This document shows positions 27,085-39,037 of a DNA stretch of 64,000 bases, one piece after another. This stretch comes from Tubiluchus corallicola (lineage: Eukaryota > Animalia > Priapulida). Below the pieces are notes generated by a model, which was given only the letters and a program-made list of their open reading frames with translations, was not told the DNA's origin and made no database searches. A program made the position numbers and the translations under genes. Each line of letters starts with the position of its first letter. The stretch's first letter is position 1. The DNA is taken from contig JAQGDQ010001047.1 of the NCBI GenBank assembly GCA_030141605.1, positions 1 through 64,000 on the forward strand. The letters are read 5' to 3'.

Positions 27085-27385
27085 AAGTTTACTGGTGTGC
27101 TCATGCATGAGCTCTCAACGTGTGACCACAGCACAACCAAACATTGCTGAACTGAGAGGTACAGCACCTGTTTTTTGTTCAACGCGCTAGTGCCTGTCTG
27201 AGTAGTGAATAGCGGAAATGCATATAACCACGAAGAACTAGCCATGCAATCATGAAGTTACTTTTCTGTAATAATAATTCTTTCACATAAGTGATTCTTG
27301 AAAAAGTTTTATACTTTCTTTCAATATTTTATAGATTAGATTGTTTTGAGTAACAGTTTAAGACTGAGTCCAGTTTTTCTTTAGT
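27085..27385. repeat. Dispersed repeat; direct copy at about 47585-47895
   Basis: Shared tgtgctca...ctgaactgagag.tacagcacctgtttttt...acagtttaagact. Confidence 0.7.
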
Positions 27386-27743
27386 TTTTAATTTTCTTTT
27401 TATGGTTCTTCGCTTGTGTGCTAGTTGTCAAAGTAATTATTTAGTTCAAAGATATGCTCTAAAATTGTTCTACTGTAGTTTCATTAGTTCACTAATCGTT
27501 TCATAGATGGCACTACTAGTGTAAGAACTGTTTAAGGTTATATTGTGCAAAAGCATTAGAGTAATTTGTTAATATAAAAAGTTTGAAGTTTTCTGTGAAT
27601 TCACATTAATTTCACTTAGAGGTGAGAAAAACTTGATTCGAGTGAAACTGACTAAAAAGTAAGTTAAATAATTTGGTATTGATTTTACAGTATTTTTATT
27701 TGTACAAATTTTGATTCTTTACAACAACTGAATGTTTATTTAG

Positions 27744-27938
27744 GTTGATAGATACAAGCTGTCAAATGGTAGACACATAATATTGCTAGCAGAGGGACGG
27801 TTGGTAAATTTGGGCTGTGGAATGGGTCATCCGAGCTTCGTCATGAGTAACTCGTTTACCAATCAAGTGCTGGCACAAATAGAATTATGGACCAATCCCG
27901 GAAAATACAAGCTCGGCATTTACCTTCTTCCGAAAAAG
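27744..27938 (+). CDS. AHCY: AHCY exon 8
   Basis: tag|[65 protein letters not shown]|gtagga. Confidence 0.96.
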
Positions 27939-29275
27939 GTAGGACAGGTTTAATAGTGAAACTGAAGTACCTTCTTCCTAAAAAGATAGGACAGGTTTAA
28001 TAGTGAAACTGAAGTACCTTCTTCCTAAAAAGGTAGGACAGGTTTAATAGTGAAACTGAAGTACTTTCTTCCTAAAAAGGTAGGACAGGTTTAATAATGA
28101 AACTGAAGTACCTTCTTCCGAAAAACTAGGACAGGTTTAATAGTGAAACTGAAGTACCTTCTTCCGAAAAACTAAGACAGGTTTAATAGTGAAACTGAAG
28201 TACCTTTTTCCTAAAAGGGTAGGACAGGTTTAATAGTGAAACTGAAGTACCTTCTTCCTAAAAGGGTAGGACAAGTTTAATAGTGAAACTGAAGTACCTT
28301 CTTCCTAAAAAGATAGGACAGCTTTAATAGTGAAACTGAAGTGCCTTCTTCTTAAAAGGGTAGGACAAGTTTAATAGTGAAACTGAAGTACCTTCTTCCT
28401 AAAAAGATAGGACAGGTTTAATAGTGAAACTGAAGTACCTTCTTCCTAAAAGGGTAGGACGGGTTTAATAGTGAAACTGAAGTACCTTCTTCCTAAAAAG
28501 GTAGGACAGGTTTAATAGTGAAACTGAAGTGTCTTCTTCTTAAAAAGGTAGGACAAGTTTAATAGTGAAACTGAAGTACCTTCTTCCTAAAAAGATAGGA
28601 CAGCTTTAATAGTGAAACTGAAGTACCTTCTTCCTAAAAGGGTAGGACGGGTTTAATAGTGAAACTGAAGTTCCTTCTTCCTAAAAAGGTAGGACAGGTT
28701 TAATAGTGAAACTGAAGTACCTTCTTCCTAAAAAGATAGGACAGGTTTAATAGTGAAACTGAAGTACCTTCTTCCTAAAAAGGTAGGACAGGTTTAATAG
28801 TGAAACTGAAGTACTTTCTTCCTAAAAAGGTAGGACAGGTTTAATAATGAAACTGAAGTACCTTCTTCCGAAAAACTAGGACAGGTTTAATAGTGAAACT
28901 GAAGTACCTTCTTCCGAAAAACTAGGACAGGTTTAATAGTGAAACTGAAGTACCTTCTTCCTAAAAGGGTAGGACAGGTTTAATAGTGAAACTGAAGTAC
29001 CTTCTTCCTAAAAGGGTAGGACAAGTTTAATAGTGAAACTGAAGTACCTTCTTCCTAAAAAGATAGGACAGCTTTAATAGTGAAACTGAAGTACCTTCTT
29101 CCTAAAAGGGTAGGACGGGTTTAATAGTGAAACTGAAGTACCTTCTTCCTAAAAAGGTAGGACGGGTTTAATAGTGAAACTGAAGTACCTTCTTCCTAAA
29201 AAGGTAGGACAGGTTTAATAGTGAAACTGAAGTACCTTCTTCCGAAAAACTAGGACAGGTTTAATAGTGAAACTA
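27921..29275 (+). repeat. 47-bp minisatellite, about 29 copies, spanning the AHCY exon 8/intron 8 junction
   Basis: Unit TACCTTCTTCCTAAAAAG|GTAGGACAGGTTTAATAGTGAAACTGAAG; the first unit begins inside the exon at 27921. Confidence 0.97.
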
Positions 29276-29812
29276 AAATTTTTTTATGAAACTGATATCT
29301 TCTCTATTTTACATTTTTCTGCAATACTTGAAAGGTAACTCTAGGAAGCTTTGTAACCTAGAGAGAGAAAGCAAGTTTTTGTATAGTGCAAGACACTAAT
29401 TCACTTTGTGTTTAATGAGCGAGGTTCTGGAGGAATAGAGAGTAGCTTGTTTGTTTGGGAAGCCAACGGTTGTTCACGGAGACGCTTTTCGGTTCAAACG
29501 AAGATGCTTCCTTAAAAATCTACAAGCAAATGTCGGTGAGCCATTTTCTCCATAACCAAGACACTACGTAGGACGTTCGCGCCTTATTTTTCAAAATTAA
29601 CCCTTTCGTTCTTAACTTTTATCTCTGCTAGTAAAGCTGATAAACATATATTGTTTGTTTATAGGGCCTGAGCAGGCATGCTTGGTAGTTGCCATTGCAT
29701 TTGTCTTTAGAAAGAATGGCGTAATGCAAAAGACAACGTGATAGCCGTGGAACAGTCATTTTTGTTTTCTTATTTATTAACAACAACTGTGTATGTAAAA
29801 CAGCTTGATAGA

Positions 29813-30257
29813 CAGGCTGCATAAGATTTTGGATATCCATAAAATAAGACCAAAAATCCATAAAATAAGAAATGCATAAAATAAAAAAAAGTTGTAAGCA
29901 TTGGCAACACTGAAAACGAACGTTAGAAGGAGAGAAAGAGAAAGAAAACAAACTAACAAAAGCGCATTTCCGGATTTGCTATTTTACATTGTTTTTTCTC
30001 ATTGTCTTTTTGTTATCAAGATGGCGAAGTTTCAACCAAAACTTGAGCTGGAGTTCGGTCTGAAACTAAGTCCTGCGTGTTTAAAAACACGTTTCAAGCA
30101 CTCCTGTTTTTACTTTTTAATTGATTTTCCCCTGTGCATCTCGTTCCAGATATAGTCCATTTTTTATTTTATTGATATCCATAAAATAAAATTTCAAAAA
30201 TCTATAAAATAAGCTATTTTATTTATTTTATACATATCCATAATCTTATGCACCCTG
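29813..30257. mobile_element. hAT-like MITE
   Basis: TIR CAGGCTGCATAAGATT...AATCTTATGCACCCTG; TSD TTGATAGA/CTGCTAGA (6 of 8). Confidence 0.72.
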
Positions 30258-30422
30258 CTGCTAGATCTGTTTAGCAAAACGATAAAAAAATTTTGTTCAT
30301 AATGGTGTTTCACATGTTGAATGTGAACTGAACTTTAGGCTGATACGTGGCGCTGTTCAGGTACTCAGTTCTGTCTGTACGTTCGCAGATTTGGATTTAT
30401 TAAGCAATGTTGCGTTTTTCAG

Positions 30423-30554
30423 TTGGACGAGGCAGTGGCCGCTGCTCATCTGGAACATCTGGACGTGAAACTGACCAGACTGAGACCAGATCAAGCCGAA
30501 TATTTGGGGATCGATCCCGACGGACCCTTCAAGCCAGAAATTTACCGATATTGA
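30423..30554 (+). CDS. AHCY: AHCY exon 9 (terminal)
   Basis: cag|[43 protein letters not shown]; canonical GPFKPxxYRY C-terminus. Confidence 0.97.
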   Translation: MDEAVAAAHLEHLDVKLTRLRPDQAEYLGIDPDGPFKPEIYRY

Positions 30555-31025
30555 TGAGCCGATTTCCATATGCAATCATGGTTAAAGTAACGTTGCCATG
30601 TGACGTGTTAAAATTAACGTTCCGGCATCTGGTACCAGTTAAAAATGTCCTTTGAAACTAGTTGCACGCGGATGTAGTGTTTTATTGAAAAATGGCGGAT
30701 ATTCATTTTTGCTTAGCTGAAATTTATTATTTTATTAACTGTGATATGTATTTGTAAACAAAGTTCACTTATTTTGCACTGTAGAGAGTTTCTGCTACAA
30801 TCGCAGAACGCTGTTGGAGCGGAACTGATGTCATGTCATGTGATTTTACAGTTGCAATGACCGTAGTAGACCAGAATTTGCATAGTAGAGGACGTCTTAC
30901 ATCATAAGTTGACCAAGCTGGTAGCATCAATATGTGTACTTTAGTCCGTAACTGGGGTTTTGTCTCGTTTTATGCTACCTAAAGTATTTAAATGGAGTCT
31001 CAGACTGTAGTGAAATGCACTTTAA

Positions 31026-31579
31026 CCCTTTCACTACGGAAGGTAGCACGCTGCTGCCTATGTTTTTCATGCAAGGGACGGAAGGCAGTAGACTGCCGCC
31101 TAAGCTCAGACACCCAGGTCGGTTTATTTCACTGCTACGGCCACGCAAAACATTGTAGAGACGTTTAACAGCCGTGGGATTGGGGTTGCTTTGCAACAAG
31201 TAACACTAACCAACCAATCAACGTCCACAATACTGTACTGTATGGTATTTTCCCATGCAAAATCACTTGTAGATCGTTGATGAAACATGTTCGGTTAACT
31301 GTTCTGCATTCTTATAACATTATTGCATATTATGGATTAGTATTGTCTTTTGTGAAAACTGGTTTCTAAATGTAAGTACGTGCTTATTTTTGAACGTGTG
31401 CACGTGTGTGTGTGCATGTATGTGCAGAAATAAAACTAATATTTAATATTAGTACTCAATAACGAACAACTGTTTGTTTACTTACAAGATTCTGTTTCAG
31501 TAACACACCACAAGAAGTCATTGTCCAATGTGCAAAAGTCAATGTGGCCCAGTTGAAAAGCAACTACGTAATGAAAGGG
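31026..31579. mobile_element. piggyBac-like non-autonomous element downstream of the AHCY stop
   Basis: TTAA|CCCTTTCACTACG...CGTAATGAAAGGG|TTAA (12 of 13 TIR match, TTAA TSD). Confidence 0.65.
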
Positions 31580-32136
31580 TTAACGTTATACGCACGATTC
31601 TAACTGTTACTGTAAGTGACATCATTTCAGAACCAGAATTCCTCACAGTTTGCCCGTAGCTGAAACTCTCTATTAGCTATTTGCAGTGATATTACCAGCC
31701 CAGCCGACAAACCTGGGTAATGGCTTTAGTTGTTTAGTCTGTTTATACCTATAGCACTGTTCAAATGCTATTGAATGAAAATAGCTTACTCTGCTTCAGC
31801 AGCATAAGAAATAGTCGAACGAGTTAAGCATCACAGTCAGCGTGCCTAAACTAGAAGAATCTATTGCCCAAAAATTGTAATATTTTTGTTTCATTTTTTA
31901 AATTACATATGCCGTCCGTTAAGCACCCGTATTTTCAAGTTTTGCCATATTGTTATGAGTGCAGTGAGTTTCACAGTAGGAATTCTTTTAAACTTGTATG
32001 AGCGGTGTTCTTTTATGGCTATTTATTTGCACAAATTGAAAAAAGTACATTTGTAGAATACCCTCCACCATTACTGTTCACTATCGTGTTTTAATCACCA
32101 GGTGAAACCACTGCACTTGTATTGTCATGATTAGTA

Positions 32137-32412
32137 CAGGGATGAGAATGACAAATTGCAAAAAACTATGAAACAGGCCAGGGGTTTTGGGACTGCCTAG
32201 GCCCCCAATGGGGTTGAGGGGCAAAGCCCACATGGGGGTTCAAGGGGCCTGGGAGCCAGCAACAAATTGCAATTTTGTGACCATAGAGAACCTCTAAGTG
32301 GACTTAAAATATCAATTACCTTGTTTCATGCATAATTTAAAATACCCAACTATCAATGATACATATGCCTAAGTACTGGCCGCTCCTACGCAAAAGTATA
32401 TAAAAACTGTCT
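32137..32412. mobile_element. hAT-like MITE family A, copy 3 (right end missing)
   Basis: CAGGGATGAGAATGACAAATTGC... homology ends at aaaaactgtct. Confidence 0.85.
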
Positions 32413-34681
32413 CGCCAAAATTTGGTCACTGGCCACCATTTAGGCAGCAAATTCTAATGCGTTTTGAAAGGGGTAATGTCTCAGGGTGTCAGAAATGCCT
32501 TTTGGACTTCCTATGCTACAGCTTTCTGGGTAGAGTTGGTCCATTTTTGGGAATGCTGTCAAAAATCTATGTTTATGCAAATTTGTGAATGACAAGGATA
32601 AGGTTACATGCTTCACCCGTGTAAATTTTAACAGCTTTTTTTGTCTTGTGTTATACTGTTCACCATTGTAATAGTCTCTGAATAATAGTAGAGAAATTTG
32701 AATGGCCCATTTGGGCGCACTACCCTAAACACTGTCGCATCTCAGCATAGCCCCAGAACGTTTTCATTTTTACCAAGCTATGTTTTATCCCTGCTGTAAA
32801 TTTTTACCTACACTGTGTTTGAGAGTGGTCCCACAGATGGGCCAGTACTCCCCAGAAACCTGTAGGAAAGTCCAGCAAACAGTTTTCTAACATACAGGCA
32901 TAGATCTTCAAGAAAATTAGAGAAGTAATTTGCCCCCCTGAAATGTTGTTTAGTTCATGGACTGTGGGGGGGGGCTTATCTCTCTAACGCGACATTTGTA
33001 GACAACTTGCGATCTCAAAAAGTTGAGATGTCCCTGACTGATTTAGCTTATAAACGGGCCTGTTGGTCCAAAGTTCTTTATCTCACAAGTGTTCCTGGAG
33101 TTACGTGAAAGTGTGCCAAGCCGTTTGCTGTAATATTTACTGTTGAAACAGAAACTATTCATCTTAATAAGCAAAGTAAATTGCATTCCATATTTTGATC
33201 AAGACTTTTGTATGTCGACAATAATGTACACAAGAGAAATAATCTTGAGAAAAATACTTGACTTTGTGTTATTGTTTTTAGTTTCTTTTTTATACGGTTT
33301 AACGTTCTACAGACTGGGATCTAGCAGCCATCTTGATAGTTGGAGCTGGACAACCGGAAACCAGACCGTTGCCGTTGGCAATGAAAAAGGTGTTTTATGC
33401 TGGTTTTACACTAACCTACCAGTAGACTAAATTTGCTTGCTGATGCTTAGTACTAGGAAAACAGAAGTAACATTTGTCCACCGCTAATCCATGTTTATGA
33501 TTGTTGAGGTGTTGAATTATCGAAGTGGATGATCATATGTACTGTAGATGACAAATCAGAACGACTTTACACTTTCTTTGTGAAGAAAGTTTGCGAGAAC
33601 AACTGCCGTAGAGAAATGATAAACACCGTAAAACTTGCAATCATTCCAGCAAACGCTTTTTTCTGAGCTGTTTGGCTATCTGGAATATTCATCGCATCTA
33701 AAGTTTTTACTTGTTGCATTCTCCCACTTGTTCCCATGAACTTATCCTCAAGATTGTTGCAGTTAAAATCACGTAGGCAAATCCGCCTACAAATGGGCAA
33801 AATTGAATTCGCTGTGGAAAATGTCAATTTTGGTGTTACATCTTTCCGCACGACAGACTCGTACGAATCAGTCGTTCGGCAGATTAGTATAAAACCTGAT
33901 GATAGTAGGTGACTGCATGTCATCTTGACAGGGCTTAAGGGTAGTTCACAAGGATATAAACCATGAAGCAACCATGCAGTCAAGCGCACAGCAAGTAATC
34001 GTTCAACTACGCTTCATCTCCAAAATCTGTTACCTAAATACAGTGGGTTTTTAACTTGTTAACTTCATACAATCTTATAGAAAATAACTGACAAATTTAC
34101 TGCAAGTTAAGCTTTATTACATATACAGTACTGCAAGCAAATTGTCACAATATTCTTACAAAACAATACTGAAACACCCCACTCTATAAAAAATTCTGAA
34201 GACTAAAAATTTACGAATAAATCCTAATCAAATTATACTTCTAAATACAAATTCATGATTAGACAGCAAATTAGGAAGGAAACATTCTTTTCAGGAAAAT
34301 TTAATTTTGCTAAAAACGCAAATCAAACGAGAAATAAAATTAATTTTCTTCACTTCGACACTGCTTAACGTTTTCGTACCTAGTGTGCGAAACCTTGGAA
34401 AAGCAGGAATTAAATAGCAAATTGAACTTTTTATAAAATAACACAAATATATTATTGCATGTATCACTAAATGTTCATAGCTAAAACACTGATGATAGAC
34501 ATGTACAAAATATGCAACTGTATAATTTCTTCTAGTGTGAAAGACTGTATTTCTCCAGTTTTTCCTTTTATATTGTAGACGACTATAGAACGGCGTGTTC
34601 TCCAGTTGATAGTACTCATCTCGTTTTTATCAGAATTACGACAAGCATCATTTCATACACAATTTTCTAATGAAGACACGG

Positions 34682-34797
34682 TTAACATTTTGTTTTTGCG
34701 TGTTTATCGTATCTTTGTAATAACACTGCCTTGAAGTTGGCTTGGTTTGACCATAACTCAGCTGCATACACGTTTAGAGGACTCTCATTGTTTGGCT
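34682..34797 (-). CDS. UBE2C: UBE2C exon 5 (terminal)
   Basis: tttttacag|(E)PNNESPLNVYAAELWSNQANFKAVLLQRYDKHAKTKC*. Confidence 0.95.
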
Positions 34798-35820
34798 CTG
34801 TAAAAAGTACGAAAACATTCTTAGCTATAAAGAAAGTCAAATAAAACAAACTGGTAGGAACTGAGAAGTCAGTTATTAAATCTGAAATTATTAAATTTGA
34901 ATCGAAACCGAATCGCATTTTATAATAATTTTTGAATACGAATGTAAACCGAGTCGCATTTTAGAATAATTTTTGAATCCGAATCTCGGTTTAAAATAAT
35001 TTTTAAATCCAAATCTCAATTTAAAATAGTTTTTGAAACAGAACCGAATTTGAATCGCGTTCTGCTGAAGTAATACAAGAAACATTAACATGTTTGTTGA
35101 AACTAGCAGTAAAAATCTGATACTATGCATAATGTGAGAGGTCCCAGGGATTTCTTGAGTTGGACACGCTAAAACTGCATATGGCAACACTTCCAGTAGG
35201 ACAAAATAAAATATGCAGTGTCGAACTGCCTCTACACCGATGCTAAGCTTTTAATAAAAAACTCCGCTGGATCCGATCTTAAGCAACATTCAGTGAATCG
35301 AATAGAAACAAAACTCCGATTCTAGCAGAGATTCGTGAAATCCCTAGATACAGCATGTTGGTAAAACATTTAATTCTTCAGATTGTGAACATAAAATAGT
35401 TCTGATTTGGCTCCTGAATGCAGTTCATCACTCTGAAGTTTTTGAACCCCGCATACAACTAAACAGTCTAGATATAATGAAGACCCGAATCTTGCTGATT
35501 ATCAAGGTTAGCTTTGTAAGACGAGAAGTCAAACTGAAAGATCTAGCTTAGCTGCGTTCTGATGCATATAAAGCCTCTGTCAACCGTGTAAAACCGACCG
35601 TAGAATTCCACATTATACAATATTTGAGCAAAGATGTGCATGTTTTAGAAAAACAGAGGAGATTCTTGAATAACTTTTCTTTTCTAGTGTTGGAAATTTC
35701 ATTTTTATTCAGGACATGAATCGGAAAAATAATTTGGTCAGGGTTGTTTTAAAGCTTTGCCAATACTCAGTCACAATTGCTATAAAAATGTTCAACATTC
35801 AAGCTTTAAACTATTCTTTT

Positions 35821-35940
35821 TTGCAAACGATGCTAAACATTTGCAAACAAAGCTAAACAGTTGCAAACAATGCCAAACAGTTGCCAACAATGCTAAACAG
35901 TTGCAAACAATGCTAAGCAGTTGCAAACAATGCCAAACAG
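35821..35940. repeat. 20-bp tandem repeat x6
   Basis: TTGCAAACAATGCTAAACAG units. Confidence 0.93.
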
Positions 35941-36345
35941 TCTCATTGTCAGAAATAAAAAAAATCAAGGAATTTTTTAAAGAAAGCAGTCATGACGTCA
36001 TTTCTATTGAGAAACCAACATGAATCCATCGTATCTTTGTCCATTTATCGTCCAGTTGCGAATAGCAGCAGTACTAGATATTAAGAAAAGCGTTTTTACT
36101 GAAATTTAAATGTTCTTTCTCCAGGTTTTTGCTAGTTTTTACCTACTATTTTTGGTTTCTTCTGTACGGTGGGAGGGGAGGGGAGGGGAGGAGGCAATCA
36201 TGTACTGACATCATTTATACGCATGCCATAAACCGTTAAAATACATAGAATGTGTTTGTGGCAAGCAACTACATTTCTCATTTGGCCGCGGGCCTACTGT
36301 CAACACTCGTGTATACCTCGACTGACTATACAGTCAAAAACTTAC

Positions 36346-36550
36346 CACCGAGAAGGCTTTGCACAGATAGCAATATACTTCGAACATCGTATGAAGCAGA
36401 CCATTTTTCTTTTAAAATATCCAGACAAATGTTTCCAAAATCGTCTACGTTCGGATGAAAGCATGGGGTCTCAAATTTGACAACAGGAGCTTGGTATGGA
36501 TAACTGCTTGGGAACTTCAGTGATAACTTGTAAGTCAGTCCTTCGTAAAC
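36346..36550 (-). CDS. UBE2C: UBE2C exon 4 (catalytic Cys)
   Basis: tag|[68 protein letters not shown]|gtaagt; HPN motif and ICLDIL active site. Confidence 0.97.
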
Positions 36551-36711
36551 CTACAAGATCACAAAAATCTAAGGTACTCGTAGGCACTGTCATTATTAAA
36601 GTTTGCAGATTTGTTTATTAAACATTAGGCACTTCGTCTGCTTCAGTCTTAAGAACAAAGTGTAAAAAATGTGCACAAAACAATACCAGTGGGGCATCCT
36701 CAAGCCCTGTC

Positions 36712-37161
36712 CAGGGGCGTATCAAGACATTACGACCCTCTAGGCTGACAGTTCAGTCCCACCCATCTCTATTACGGGTTTATGGTTGTTTATATATCAA
36801 TATAAAATGTAATATATATATATATATATATATATATTACTTGTGATGTATTATTAAGTGCTATCACCTACATAGTTATTGTTAATTATGTATATTTGTA
36901 TAGCGCTTATACCTATGCAAGCAGTGTAACTGCTTTTGGTGTAGCACCTTTTGTACTTGTCTGTTATATTGTGCTTATATAAAAAGCTGAAACTGTTTGT
37001 GGTGTGTCATATAAACTATGCACTTCATATAAATATGAAAATGCATTTTCCGAGAACAATAAGAATTTTTCAGCACTGAGTCCCTAAAATCTAGTGTCCC
37101 TCAAAAGTTGGAGCTCTAGGCTACAGGTTAGTTGGAGCGTGATAGTAAATTATACACCCTG
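36712..37161. mobile_element. hAT-like MITE family B; second copy at 49764-50186
   Basis: CAGGGGCGTATCAAGAC...ATACACCCTG; TSD GCCCTGTC/GTCCTATC (6 of 8); body shared with the NAPG intron 9 copy. Confidence 0.75.
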
Positions 37162-37919
37162 GTCCTATCAGATACAACAAATAGGATGAGGCAAGAGACC
37201 TACTGACATTCAAATACCTGTTCAGGAGGAATAGTAGCTCTAGCAAAGAATTTCTAGGGTGTTGCTAAGAGATTTGTATTCAGTTATTCAATCTGTACTA
37301 AGACGATGCATGCACAGATGCAGAAAGTTTGGCTGGCCATAACCAAAGCAAAAAATAATTGAAAAAGACTTCATATAGGAGCACACCACATTAAAACCCT
37401 TTTTAGTTCGTTGGGTGCTTGCGCAGTTGCTGTACATCAAAGGGTAAGTGTACCACTGCAATGTGTCTTAACTACAACTGTCTTGTGATGTCTAGGTAAG
37501 GCAAAATCCTCTGCTGCATCAGTTGCTTTATGTGGATTTTACTTAATTATGCCTTAGTCAGTGATTTACTTGTAGGATCTTGCATGGAAACAAAAAAATA
37601 ATGAACCAGGTAGGGTTCTAGCTAGCTGTTAAAACATGTTAAAATTGTACTGTTACAATAGCATGGGCTGTGAGGCATTGTTAACTGTACACAAATGCAT
37701 TGTCTGGTACACTTAACCTTTGACCTTGTCACAATCATCATCAATTGCTGGAACTGTGAAAGGGCTTATGAAATTTAGTTAGCCTTAAATATAACCACTG
37801 CTGACAAACAGTGTTTGATGTTTATCTGAGCTGGTGACTTGTTTCTGTAAGCTTGCAATATTCAAATGGGTTGTCTAGATAACTAGCATACTGTTAGTAC
37901 AACTCAAGGATACACTTAC

Positions 37920-38006
37920 AGTTCCCACTGCGCCATGTATAGTTCCAATCCACTTGAACAAATTATCACCTTCTGGAAATGCTGATATAGTTTTGTTGTT
38001 TGACAT
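37920..38006 (-). CDS. UBE2C: UBE2C exon 3
   Basis: cag|[29 protein letters not shown]|gtaagt. Confidence 0.95.
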
Positions 38007-38538
38007 CTGAAACCACACATACATGCAACAGTTTAATCGTTAGCAAAACTTCTGTTAACTAAAACATTAAAATAAATCACTTGTCATCCTCTATTTACTA
38101 ACTTTTTATCATACTGCTTGTTATTTATTATTTTTTATGATAATTCAGAAATTAGAAATTCCGTTCAATCCAATACTTCACAACTATTTTTGCTTTGGAA
38201 TGCAGTCTGTCTAACCAAACAAACAAAACTGACACTAAGTTCAATTTTTAATGTTACCAGTTACCATCTCCACTACTGAAAAAGCACTACCACTGATACC
38301 ACATGAGCAAACACTATGTTTATGATATAATTATCAAGTAAGCCTCTTTTCTGTTGCAAATTCCTTTTTGTAGAAACTTGGAAAGGGCATGTACATAATT
38401 ATATATACAATACCTTTAAAAAATTAATGCAATTTAGTAGCCTTACTTATCATGTAGTTAAACGTGTAATTATAGTAATTAATAACACTGCGTTTAACAA
38501 TTATAATTAAATTATGTGGAGTTGAAATTCATACAAAC

Positions 38539-38566
38539 CATTAATGCCATGAGTTCTTGTTGTAAC
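38539..38566 (-). CDS. UBE2C: UBE2C exon 2 (28 nt)
   Basis: tttttcag|..(R)LQQELMALM|gtttgt. Confidence 0.92.
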
Positions 38567-38933
38567 CTGAAAAATATAACCATAAGACATATTTTAATTT
38601 TAGTATAACTAATAGGCTTTTAACTAAAACTTTTACTTAACTGATATGAAAAAAATTATGTCTATAGCAGAGAGCATTGGCTTTCGAAACTCACAACCCA
38701 TTGCTGAGACACGTATGTACAGCTAGAATCTTTGAATCTCAGAACTTTCCTGGGCTTACACTATAAATAATTACTTCATAGATAATAATAATAATAATGA
38801 ATCATGGAGCCGTCACGCACTCAGTTATAGCCTAATTAATTATTTAAAATTTTAAACCCATCATAGGTAAGTTTCACAACTCGAAACTTAAACTAAAATA
38901 ACTCCGTTCATTGACTTCAGTTCAGTCAGTTAC

Positions 38934-39037
38934 CTTTTTGTCACAGAACGCCCTTTTTCTGCATTGCTTGACAACCCTTCCACACACGGTTTTGTCCTAG
39001 TACTTGCTAGTGATGGATCAAAATTTTGAGAAGCCAT
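38934..39037 (-). CDS. UBE2C: Ubiquitin-conjugating enzyme E2 C (UbcH10/vihar) exon 1 of 5 (gene 34682-39037, 179 aa)
   Basis: MASQNFDPSLASTRTKPCVEGLSSNAEKGRSVTK; MASQNxDP is the UBE2C-specific N-terminus; AG|gtaact. CDS 104+28+87+205+116=540 nt. Confidence 0.93.

Noticed and set aside
27921-29275. Regular 45-48 bp arrays (also at 4936 and 45460) as CRISPR arrays
   Set aside because: The units are head-to-tail with no unique spacers, there are no cas genes, and the context is eukaryotic spliced genes.
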